DNA from: Bacteroidaceae bacterium
GTDB taxonomy: Bacteria; Bacteroidota; Bacteroidia; Bacteroidales; Barnesiellaceae_A
DNA length: 64,000 nt
Assembly (NCBI GenBank): GCA_017531985.1
Contig: JAFXJY010000013.1
Span: forward strand, 7,601-71,600
Direction: 5' to 3'
In this document: positions 40,001-48,124 of the stretch, piece after piece
Layout of the letters: each line of letters opens with the position of its first letter
How positions within the stretch are numbered: the first letter of the stretch is position 1
Program-made: the position numbers and the translations under genes
The notes under the pieces: model-generated
Database searches by the model: none
Seen by the model: the letters and a program-made list of their open reading frames with translations, nothing else
What the model was told of the DNA's origin: nothing

Positions 40001-42847
40001 CTACCTCTTCACAATACGCAATACATCATTTCCACAACGTACAATATAAATACCTTGCTGCAAATGACCTACCTCGACATTGTTATACCCCGAGGCCACC
40101 CTCACACCCTGCAAGTTGTACACCTCTATGCATTCACTATCGGTGCTTTTTATCAAATTGCCGGCATAGACAAGTGCGTGAGTCACAGGCAAAATATGAT
40201 GACTGGTAGAGTGCTTCAACATCAGTGCATAGAATCGTATGGCACTATTTCCTGAGTAGATATAGTAAGTACCATCACTCGTCAATGTGCATTCTATCAT
40301 GTCGCTCGACGTGCGACTCACTTCGCTCACACCATCATATATGACTACTTCACGACCTTTCTCACCGGCATTGCTGTATACGATGACTCTATCTCCGGCT
40401 TGGGCTGTCAGACTCAACGACTGACTGCCGGTACTTCCACCACCTCCTGTATCGTAGCAGTGATTAAAGACACTGCCATCATCAAACGTTTTTTCGGCTT
40501 GTGCAAAACGTGCCTTAGTGCCATATATAACCGTCAATCCATCGTATGTAAAGGTCGATGTAAACTCCTCGGGGATAACTCCAGCCGATGCCCAGTTGTC
40601 AAATATCCACGAGTGTGTTGTTGCATCTGGCTCATCCGGTACAATGGGTGCAGCACTCATTTCAATGCGATAGTAACGCAAGCCCTCACTTCCTCGCACC
40701 GTAATGCTTGTTACACCCGAAGGTATGGTGTATGACGCAGAGGTCGAAGTGGTCGAAGCGGTTTCACCTATCGGCAGCTCATCGACAAGTAACTGACGAG
40801 TTCCCTTACTATTGCTCGTGTGTGAGAACGTAAATGTAAGTTTCTGTCCCTCCTGCACCGGAATATTCATGCTCAATGCTCCTTGAATGTAACCGCTACC
40901 CGAGGTAGAGGGATTGATGCGAACATCGTTGGTAAACGCAATAGCTTCCGTCTCTACAAAACCCAACTCGGTTGCTTGTTCAAAAGTATGCTCATATCTT
41001 CCATCGCCCAATCCACTCCATATATCGTCATTTTCACTCAGTTTATTGCGACTGGCAGTACTCCATGTTGTGAAATCCCAGGTCTTGCCATCGGCAAACT
41101 GGCTATCGGCTTGCGTAAGTTCGAGTGTATAATAGGCTATTGTACCGTCCTCGGCTGTTACAGTAAAAGTTGCATCGGCAGGAAGCTCTGCTATATCGGG
41201 TATCATCATGTCACTGACGACAGCTGCCGCAAAACGTGGCACTGCAACAACTTGTATGGCTGTCGCACTCGAAGGTAATCGGTAGGCATAGAGATCATGC
41301 GACAATTTAGTAGCCTTAGCCCCGTTAACTGTAAGTTTGGCGAGCGACGTATCACTACTCAATTCCCGCGTAATATGCACGGTATAAGTAAGAGTTGCAC
41401 TACCATCGACCGATGTAACTATAATAGCAGCATCGGCAGGAAGCTCTGATATATCAGTAGGAGCATCTATCAATACGTCTGCTCGAATGTTCGATGTTGA
41501 TGTCGTTATCTGTATATCGGCAGCATCGGCAGGAAGCTCTACATAATAATTGTAAACACCCTCCTCAACAATCATGACAATATCATTTACCATAAAACTT
41601 ACCAGTGTTGCATCCGAGGGATCGGAACTGGTACTTGCACCTATGGTCAGAGGGTCACTTAAAGTAGCACCCGCACCCGTATTGACATGAGTCAGCGTAG
41701 CCGGGACATCAAGAGCCGGATACACAGTATATCGATAGGGAACATTTACAGTTCCTTTGTTGGTAGCCGTAAAGTCCTCGACAAAAACATTGCCACTGAA
41801 ATTATAGGCTTTACTACCACTCTCCGAGAAGATTTTCTTAACACCCTTCTCGAAATAATTATTTTCAATAAGAAACTCACTATTCTTGCGAGCATTAATT
41901 CCCGCCGAGTTACCGGGACAATTGTAATAATTATTAATCAAGTGAATCGTGCCAAAACGAGCCATAGGCATGCGTTGATCGCATCCCTCCCCCCAAATGT
42001 TATTAGCCCAAGTTATGTTTAAGTTATTCTCACCCTGAGCCGAGGCACTGTCACTTCCTCCCACAAGATTACTATTCATGTGGTCGTAGGCACGCTCGGT
42101 ATAAGAGAAGGTACACCACGAGATTGTTACGAAATCGCTCTTGACCGTTACATCAAGGTTACCATCAATACCATCGGTCAGATCGCAGTGATCGACCCAT
42201 ATATGATGAGAACCATTTATGATCGACACCAAGTCATCACCACCCACATCGATGGGACCGGGACCTACAAGTTGCATATTGCGAAGTATTATATTCTCAC
42301 ACCCCGAGATATAAAAAATACCGGCATCACGATACGCCTCATCGGGGTCATTCAGCAAGTTGATAAGAGTCTGGCGTGTACCATATTCTCGCTCCTCGCC
42401 CACGCTTTGACCATTGCTCAGCGTACCCCCTCCTCCGGTCGAACTCATATCCTTGACACCGGCCTTATCGAGAGCAGCTATTATCTCTTCGGTTACATAA
42501 AATTCGGTGCATAGACGTGCATTATTGACACCTACAATAGTCTTGTTACTCAAATCTTTCAATTCCATTGTTGCCGATACAACGAAGTCGCCGTTGACAC
42601 CATCAAGAATAATCACATCATTATTCTTGATAGCATTAACAATGGTCGAACGCATATCTCCTCCTGTACTGACAAGCGTCACACTACTACCATCACCTCC
42701 ACCCACAAGGTCATAATCATCACCCGAGGTCATAGATGAACAGACAGCCCACCCCATAGGGGCATTGGCATCATACTCCGACAACTGTGCATGAGCCGAC
42801 AAAATAGCAGCACATACTATCAATAAAGATATATAGAATTGTTTCAT
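40001..42847 (-). CDS. Secreted pectate lyase (PL1-like) with repeated beta-sandwich domains and a T9SS C-terminal sorting domain
   Basis: Signal peptide. The parallel beta-helix region is ...SHHIWVDHCDLTDGIDGNLDVT...NIWGEGCDQRMPMARFG. Three ...ELPADA... repeat modules follow. The C-terminus is EVYNLQGVRV...GIYIVRCGNDVLRIVKR. Confidence 0.78.
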   Translation of the reverse strand: MKQFYISLLIVCAAILSAHAQLSEYDANAPMGWAVCSSMTSGDDYDLVGGGDGSSVTLVSTGGDMRSTIVNAIKNNDVIILDGVNGDFVVSATMELKDLSNKTIVGVNNARLCTEFYVTEEIIAALDKAGVKDMSSTGGGGTLSNGQSVGEEREYGTRQTLINLLNDPDEAYRDAGIFYISGCENIILRNMQLVGPGPIDVGGDDLVSIINGSHHIWVDHCDLTDGIDGNLDVTVKSDFVTISWCTFSYTERAYDHMNSNLVGGSDSASAQGENNLNITWANNIWGEGCDQRMPMARFGTIHLINNYYNCPGNSAGINARKNSEFLIENNYFEKGVKKIFSESGSKAYNFSGNVFVEDFTATNKGTVNVPYRYTVYPALDVPATLTHVNTGAGATLSDPLTIGASTSSDPSDATLVSFMVNDIVMIVEEGVYNYYVELPADAADIQITTSTSNIRADVLIDAPTDISELPADAAIIVTSVDGSATLTYTVHITRELSSDTSLAKLTVNGAKATKLSHDLYAYRLPSSATAIQVVAVPRFAAAVVSDMMIPDIAELPADATFTVTAEDGTIAYYTLELTQADSQFADGKTWDFTTWSTASRNKLSENDDIWSGLGDGRYEHTFEQATELGFVETEAIAFTNDVRINPSTSGSGYIQGALSMNIPVQEGQKLTFTFSHTSNSKGTRQLLVDELPIGETASTTSTSASYTIPSGVTSITVRGSEGLRYYRIEMSAAPIVPDEPDATTHSWIFDNWASAGVIPEEFTSTFTYDGLTVIYGTKARFAQAEKTFDDGSVFNHCYDTGGGGSTGSQSLSLTAQAGDRVIVYSNAGEKGREVVIYDGVSEVSRTSSDMIECTLTSDGTYYIYSGNSAIRFYALMLKHSTSHHILPVTHALVYAGNLIKSTDSECIEVYNLQGVRVASGYNNVEVGHLQQGIYIVRCGNDVLRIVKR

Positions 42848-42894
42848 AACCGATTAAAAGATAACGTTTCTTACCATCAAATTATATCATGGCA

Positions 42895-42902
42895 CAAAGT
42901 TA
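42895..42902 (-). promoter_or_regulatory. -7 promoter box (TAACTTTG on the minus strand)
   Basis: The plus strand reads CAAAGTTA, about 50 nt upstream of the pectate lyase ATG. Confidence 0.5.
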
Positions 42903-42977
42903 TCATATTGAATAAGATAGTAGTTGTAACATTTTGTCCGATTTAGCAACAAAAGTTACAAACGAAGTGGTTAACGG

Positions 42978-43634
42978 TTATTTACGACCAAAATCGGCAG
43001 GTATTTCACCCCACGAATCGGTCTCCCACTTGATAATTTCGGTGCTATACTCATTATTATGCAACCAAGCCTCGGCTCTCTCTATCAGGTCAAAGATAGG
43101 AGCATTAACCTCATTGCGAGAGAGCTGCGTCTTGCACTTCTTCTGCTTAACCCATAACATAGCATTGCGACTATCGCTATAAATGGGCATGTTATTACCC
43201 ATCTTTTTGAGCAAAGCAAGTCCATGCACAAGAGCCAAAAATTCACCTATATTGTTGGTTCCTTGCTCCAAGGGACCTATCTTGAATACCTCGACCCCAG
43301 TTGCCACATACACACCACGATACTCCATCCTGCCGGGATTGCCGCTACAAGCAGCATCCACAGCCAAGCTATTATTGATAATGGCCGAACGAGGTACTTT
43401 ATTTGTAGCAGTATGAGAATCAGCTATCGATTGCCTATAATCGCTCAACTGCTTGAGAATGCCCAAATGTTCCGATGGAGAACCTCGGAAAGCCTCAACC
43501 GCCTCAATTTGCGAATCGAAAGCCTTGTATTTGGCTCCCTTATAACCTTCGACCTGCAAACGGCACTCTTCCCACGAGTCGTACACCCCGGGTGAATAGC
43601 CTTCCCATACTACATAATATTTGGTTTTCCTCAT
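42978..43634 (-). CDS. rnhA: Ribonuclease HI with an N-terminal hybrid-binding (Cauli_VI-like) domain
   Basis: YYVVWEGYSPGVYDSWEECRLQVEGYKGAKYKAF is followed by the RNase H core (VDAACSGNPG, NNIGEFLAL, IYSDS). The -7 box at 43660-43667 excludes the ATG at 43655 and favours 43634. Confidence 0.85.
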   Translation of the reverse strand: MRKTKYYVVWEGYSPGVYDSWEECRLQVEGYKGAKYKAFDSQIEAVEAFRGSPSEHLGILKQLSDYRQSIADSHTATNKVPRSAIINNSLAVDAACSGNPGRMEYRGVYVATGVEVFKIGPLEQGTNNIGEFLALVHGLALLKKMGNNMPIYSDSRNAMLWVKQKKCKTQLSRNEVNAPIFDLIERAEAWLHNNEYSTEIIKWETDSWGEIPADFGRK

Positions 43635-43659
43635 CGACTTATATTTTACGGACAATGTG

Positions 43660-43667
43660 CAAAAATA
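43660..43667 (-). promoter_or_regulatory. -7 promoter box (TATTTTTG on the minus strand)
   Basis: The plus strand reads CAAAAATA, upstream of rnhA. Confidence 0.5.
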
Positions 43668-43690
43668 CTTTTTTTTCTCGAAATTTTATG

Positions 43691-43698
43691 TAAGTTTG
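43691..43698 (+). promoter_or_regulatory. -7 promoter box (TAAGTTTG) upstream of aroK
   Basis: Matches TAnnTTTG, 25 nt upstream of the ATG at 43723. Confidence 0.55.
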
Positions 43699-43722
43699 CA
43701 CCAAGAATAAAAAAATTGTAAT

Positions 43723-44259
43723 ATGAACCGCCCTATTTTTCTGATAGGTTTTATGGCAGCAGGCAAGACCTCATTAGGTCGATATGCCGCCCGACGAATG
43801 GGTCGAGAATTTATCGACCTCGACTATTATATCGAATCTCGGTTTCGCAAGAACATCAGTCAGCTATTTTCCGAGCGAGGCGAGACCGGTTTCCGCGAAA
43901 TAGAACGAAACATGCTACATGAAGTGGGTGAATTTAACAATGTCTTGATTGCCACCGGCGGTGGTACTCCCTGCTTCTTCGACAACATGACCTACATGAA
44001 TGAGCGGGGTATTACTATATTCCTAACATGCTCGGTCGATGTGATATGTCACCGATTACTCGTCGCTAAGATACGACGCCCGTTGGTCGAAAAATGTTCG
44101 CCCGACAAGTTACCATCATTGATAAACGACATGCTAAAAGACCGATTACCCTTCTACACACAAGCCCAATACGAGTTCACCGCCGACGAATATGACAAGG
44201 CAGCAGCCTTGGCATTGGCCACAGAACAGTTGCAAGAGATAATAAAACAGCAGGTATAA
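43723..44259 (+). CDS. aroK: Shikimate kinase
   Basis: Walker A is GFMAAGKTSLG. FIDLD and ATGGG motifs are present. Confidence 0.9.
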   Translation: MNRPIFLIGFMAAGKTSLGRYAARRMGREFIDLDYYIESRFRKNISQLFSERGETGFREIERNMLHEVGEFNNVLIATGGGTPCFFDNMTYMNERGITIFLTCSVDVICHRLLVAKIRRPLVEKCSPDKLPSLINDMLKDRLPFYTQAQYEFTADEYDKAAALALATEQLQEIIKQQV

Positions 44260-44431
44260 TTTCGGCGGCGAAATAATCCACCCCAAACACTCCTTAAAGA
44301 GTAGGAATAGTATTATATCGTTGCAAAGTAATGTATAAAGAGGTGATAAGGTTGGTGCATCGGCACATTATTTTTAGGTAATTATATACAATTCTACACT
44401 AAATAAATTTGTGTTTGTGTAAAATTCTTCT

Positions 44432-44439
44432 TATCTTTG
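44432..44439 (+). promoter_or_regulatory. -7 promoter box (TATCTTTG)
   Basis: Matches TAnnTTTG, 22 nt upstream of the ATG at 44461. Confidence 0.5.
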
Positions 44440-44460
44440 TTCTATAAATAAGAAAGAACG

Positions 44461-45378
44461 ATGATAACAAAGAAATTCAAATCCGTTTTAGAACTATTTG
44501 AGGTATTCTCAACAGAACAAGCCTGTATAGACCATTTGGAACAATTACGTTGGAATGGCAACGTGGTAAGTCCATTTGATTGTACTTCAAAAGTCTATAA
44601 GTGCAAAGATAATAAATATCGTTGTAAAAACACAGGAAAATACTTTAATGTTAAGACAAATACTTTATTTGATAATACTAAAATCCCGTTGCGTAAGTGG
44701 TTTGCTGCTATATGGCTTGTAACTTGTCATAAAAAGGGTGTTTCTTCTCTTCAATTAAGCAGAGATATTGATGTTACACAAAAAACAGCTTGGTTTATGC
44801 TACAACGTATTCGCAACTGTTTCGGCATCGAGAATAATAACGACCTAACTAATACCGTTGAACTTGATGAAACGTATGTTGGTGGCAAGAATAAAAATCG
44901 ACACAACAATAAGAAAATAGAAAATTCACAAGGACGTAGCACAAAGGATAAAACACCCGTATTCGGTATGGTTGAACGAAAGGGTAAACTTAATGCAAAG
45001 GTCGTTACCGATACCAAATGCGAAACCCTAACAAAAGAAACCATCAAATTTGTAAAGGATGCTTTGATTTGCACTGATGAATGGTGGGTTTATAATTCCA
45101 TTAAAAAACTATTCAAACGACACGAGATTGTAAATCATAAGTGTAACGAATATGTGCGTGGCGATGTTTACACCAATACTATCGAAGGTTTTTGGTCGTT
45201 GCTAAAACGTGGTATTATAGGTATATACTATTTTACCTCTAAACAACACTTGCAACGCTATGTTGATGAGTTTGTTTTTAGGTACAATACTCGCAACTAT
45301 TCCGAATGTGGAAGATTTAATTTACTTTTGCAAAATACTGAACATCGTCTAACATATAAAGAATTGATATATGGATAA
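44461..45378 (+). CDS. IS1595-family (ISXO2-like) DDE transposase
   Basis: FSTEQACIDHLEQLRWNG..., IPLRKWFAAIW, ELDETYVGGK, CTDEWWVY and NTIEGFWSLLKR are the family blocks, and the DDE residues appear present. Confidence 0.82.
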   Translation: MITKKFKSVLELFEVFSTEQACIDHLEQLRWNGNVVSPFDCTSKVYKCKDNKYRCKNTGKYFNVKTNTLFDNTKIPLRKWFAAIWLVTCHKKGVSSLQLSRDIDVTQKTAWFMLQRIRNCFGIENNNDLTNTVELDETYVGGKNKNRHNNKKIENSQGRSTKDKTPVFGMVERKGKLNAKVVTDTKCETLTKETIKFVKDALICTDEWWVYNSIKKLFKRHEIVNHKCNEYVRGDVYTNTIEGFWSLLKRGIIGIYYFTSKQHLQRYVDEFVFRYNTRNYSECGRFNLLLQNTEHRLTYKELIYG

Positions 45379-46504
45379 CTATTTGGAAAAATCTCAAAAT
45401 TTCCTATTCTACTCGGATAATGACGGAAAAATAAATGTGCAAGTGATTGTGGATAGTGCTAAAGAAACTATTTGGACTACACAAAAGGGTATGGCAGAAA
45501 TATTTGGTGTAGGTATTCCTGCTATTAGTAAGCATCTATCTAATATTTTCGAGGAGAAAGAACTGCTTGAAAATTCAGTTATTTCCAAAATGGAAACAAC
45601 TGCGACAGACGGGAAAAAATATATAACTACATTCTACACCCTTGATGCCATAATTGCTGTTGGTTATCGTGTAAATAGTTATCAAGCAACCCAATTTAGA
45701 ATATGGGCAACACGCATATTAAAGGAGTATATGATAAAAGGTTTTGCATTAGATGACGACAGATTAAAGCAAGGCAAACATTTATTTGGTAAAGATTTTT
45801 TCAAAGAACTTATTGAACGAATCCAAGAAATTCGTGCTTCAGAAAGAATGTTCTATGAAAAAATTACTGATATATTCAAAGATTGTAGTATTGACTATGA
45901 CCCCAATTCACCAATTGCAAAAGAATTTTATGCTTCAATGCAAAATAAATTTCATTATGCTTCCCACCAACATACTGCACCTGAAATTATATATGAACGT
46001 GCGGATTCCACAAAACCATATATGGGATTAACAAGTTGGAAAAATCAAAAAAGTGGAGGAAAAATTTATAAATCAGATGTAACAATAGCCAAGAACTATT
46101 TAAAAGAAGATGAAATAAAGGCGTTAAATAAACTCGTAAATATGTTTCTTGACCATGCAGAACGATTAGCTGAAAAAGGGAAAGGGACTTACACTATGGC
46201 TGATTGGGTAAAAAGATTAGATATGTTCTTAAACTTTAACGAATATCCTATTCTTACAAATGCTGGTAAAGTGAAACGTGATGTTGCAAATCGATTCGCT
46301 GAATCCGAATATAAGAAGTTTAGAGTAATACAAGATAGGGAATATAAATCAGATTTCAACAAATTAATCGAAGCCAGCCATAACGGGTTACCCAATGAAT
46401 GCGATAAGAATGATGGAAGCAACTTATCACCTTTAGACCAATCACTAAACATAGCCCTTAACTACAACCCAAACAAAGATAAAAACCAAGAGCCGACTGA
46501 ATAA
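45371..46504 (+). CDS. RhuM-family protein
   Basis: DGKINVQV....ETIWTTQKGMAEIFGV, YTLDAIIAVGYRVNS.QATQFRIWATRILKEY and IQEIRASERMFYEKITDIF are characteristic RhuM blocks. It overlaps the transposase stop by 8 nt. Confidence 0.82.
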   Translation: MDNYLEKSQNFLFYSDNDGKINVQVIVDSAKETIWTTQKGMAEIFGVGIPAISKHLSNIFEEKELLENSVISKMETTATDGKKYITTFYTLDAIIAVGYRVNSYQATQFRIWATRILKEYMIKGFALDDDRLKQGKHLFGKDFFKELIERIQEIRASERMFYEKITDIFKDCSIDYDPNSPIAKEFYASMQNKFHYASHQHTAPEIIYERADSTKPYMGLTSWKNQKSGGKIYKSDVTIAKNYLKEDEIKALNKLVNMFLDHAERLAEKGKGTYTMADWVKRLDMFLNFNEYPILTNAGKVKRDVANRFAESEYKKFRVIQDREYKSDFNKLIEASHNGLPNECDKNDGSNLSPLDQSLNIALNYNPNKDKNQEPTE

Positions 46505-46516
46505 ATCGGCTCTTGG
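46486..46516. terminator. Bidirectional terminator spanning the rhuM stop codon
   Basis: CCAAGAGCCGA / TCGGCTCTTGG form a perfect 11-bp stem. An A5 run precedes it on the plus strand, which reads as a T-run on the minus strand. Confidence 0.7.
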
Positions 46517-46543
46517 TACATAATACGATTAAGTATTTTTGTT

Positions 46544-46912
46544 TTACTCAAAGTCATAATCTTTTTCTAATAAGGCACTTTGATAACGAGCATTTTTAAC
46601 AAGGGTTCTATATCCTTTTATGATTGGTAGCAAAATAAGGTTTTCTATTGCTACAACTAATGATACTATAAAGATAATAGGAATTACGTCGTTATATGGT
46701 TCAACAAAAGCACCTACAAAAGTTACAAATGCTAATATTAAACTTATAATACTAAACACAAAGCATAATTTAGATAGTATGGTTAAACCATATATACCCG
46801 AACCATCGTAATTAACTTTGATTTTTTCTTTAGTACCATCAATGTTTTTTTGACTTTCTTTCTCACTCATAATAGTTTGTTCTTCTTTGTTTGTAAATAC
46901 ATCTTGTTCCAT
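46544..46912 (-). CDS. Small membrane protein with two TM helices, family unknown
   Basis: The ATG at 46912 (MEQDVF...) avoids overlap with the upstream gene. The two hydrophobic helices are LCFVFSIISLILAFVTFVGAF and IPIIFIVSLVVAIENLILLPII. The alternative track start is 46957. Confidence 0.5.
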   Translation of the reverse strand: MEQDVFTNKEEQTIMSEKESQKNIDGTKEKIKVNYDGSGIYGLTILSKLCFVFSIISLILAFVTFVGAFVEPYNDVIPIIFIVSLVVAIENLILLPIIKGYRTLVKNARYQSALLEKDYDFE

Positions 46913-46922
46913 AATAATAATT

Positions 46923-47255
46923 TTAATCCCAACCGTTTTCATTGAAATATTCGTCAATCATATCTAAGTCTCTTTTTTGTTCTTGTGAACCTTGATAGTG
47001 TATTTGTTTATCTCCTTCAGGAGATGTATAGCCACCACCTTGCATATATTCCCTTCTCGCATTTCTTTCTATATCTGCTGCACCATCCATACCTGCGTCA
47101 CGTAAATTTTGTTCTCTATCGATAGATTCCCAATAGTTCTCATCTTCAACATATCTTGAAGAAGAACTACTATAATTGCTATCGCAACTAATACAAGAAT
47201 TAAAGGAAATGCAACACAAAATGGCTACACTAGCTGACAGTAAAATTTTTTGCAT
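46923..47255 (-). CDS. Small lipoprotein, family unknown
   Basis: The ATG at 47255 gives MQKILLSASVAILCCISFNSC, a signal peptide with a lipobox. The longer track ORF would run through a hairpin followed by a T-run at 47315-47342. Confidence 0.5.
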   Translation of the reverse strand: MQKILLSASVAILCCISFNSCISCDSNYSSSSSRYVEDENYWESIDREQNLRDAGMDGAADIERNARREYMQGGGYTSPEGDKQIHYQGSQEQKRDLDMIDEYFNENGWD

Positions 47256-47313
47256 AATAATTTGTTTTATAGTTTGTGCAATATTGCCTTTGTTTGTTGT
47301 GGCAGTAACTACA

Positions 47314-47513
47314 CAAAAAAACGTAGGGCTACTACCGTACGTCATCAAGGCTCACCACAAGCCAACCTACAAACGGAGTGTCCCTACGAATATCGCAGGT
47401 ACTCAACAGTAGGTATTATGCTCGTGTTCATTCGAGGTGGTGATTCTGATGACGTTGAGCAAATATTTTCAAAAGGTCTGCAATAGAGCTTCGCTTATTG
47501 CGTTGCAAATATA
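47314..47513 (-). promoter_or_regulatory. Candidate structured leader or attenuator (or an sRNA of about 185 nt) upstream of the lipoprotein operon
   Basis: On the minus strand there is a -7 box TATATTTG (47506-47513) and a hairpin followed by U7 (47315-47342). The upstream heptamer CGUAGGG (47382-47388) is perfectly complementary to the hairpin's 3' arm. A 9-bp long-range pairing links 47339-47347 with 47447-47455. Confidence 0.35.
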
Positions 47514-47515
47514 GC
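47496..47515 (+). repeat. Direct repeat copy 1 flanking the PanA cassette
   Basis: The sequence is TATTGCGTTGCAAATATAGC. Confidence 0.55.
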
Positions 47516-47577
47516 ACAAATTATTAAACCAAAGTGTTAAAATATAGTCCAAGTTTTGTATGTATATATTTAGTTAG

Positions 47578-47585
47578 TACTTTTG
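47578..47585 (+). promoter_or_regulatory. -7 promoter box (TACTTTTG)
   Basis: Matches TAnnTTTG, 21 nt upstream of the ATG at 47606. Confidence 0.5.
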
Positions 47586-47605
47586 TGTATTAAAATAATG
47601 TGTAT

Positions 47606-48124
47606 ATGAAAACTAATTTGGGAATAAATGACATAGCAGATTTTGTGTTATTATACTGCTTTGAAAACGAAATTTCAATAAGTCCATTGAAATTACAGAA
47701 GTTATTGTATTATATACAGGCTTGGCATTTAGTGTACTTTGATAAACAATTATTGTTTGAAGAAAAGCCCCAAGCTTGGGTAAATGGTCCCGTATATCCA
47801 ACTATATATAATAGATTTAAGGGTATATTAAGATATTCCGAGTTAAACAAAGAAAATACCGGTTTGTCATCAACAACATTAGAGGATAAACAGCAAATAT
47901 TGGATTTAGACAAAGAACAATATGAGTTTTTAGACTCAATATTCCATCACTATGGTATGATGGAACACGATAGACTTGTTTTTTTGACACACGCAGAATT
48001 ACCTTGGAGTGAAAAACGGGATGGGCTAATGCCTTTTGAGCCATCCGATAACGAAATTTCATTTGAAACGATGTTTAATTATTACAATCAAAGAATGATT
48101 AAAAACAGGGAAAAGAAACAATGA
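47606..48124 (+). CDS. Panacea/DUF4065 (SocA/GepA-like) domain protein, putative PanA-type antitoxin
   Basis: The motifs are SPLKLQKLLYYIQAWHLVYFDKQLLFEEKPQAWVNGPVYPTIYNRF and, later, LTHAELPWSE. The track start at 47600 is GTG, so I prefer the ATG at 47606. Confidence 0.8.
   Translation: MKTNLGINDIADFVLLYCFENEISISPLKLQKLLYYIQAWHLVYFDKQLLFEEKPQAWVNGPVYPTIYNRFKGILRYSELNKENTGLSSTTLEDKQQILDLDKEQYEFLDSIFHHYGMMEHDRLVFLTHAELPWSEKRDGLMPFEPSDNEISFETMFNYYNQRMIKNREKKQ

Noticed and set aside
47256-47348. N-terminal extension of the island lipoprotein ORF (MMTYGSSPTFF...).
   Set aside because: It would read through a hairpin plus U-run (47315-47342) and place about 30 residues in front of a clean signal peptide and lipobox. 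The internal ATG at 47255 is more plausible.
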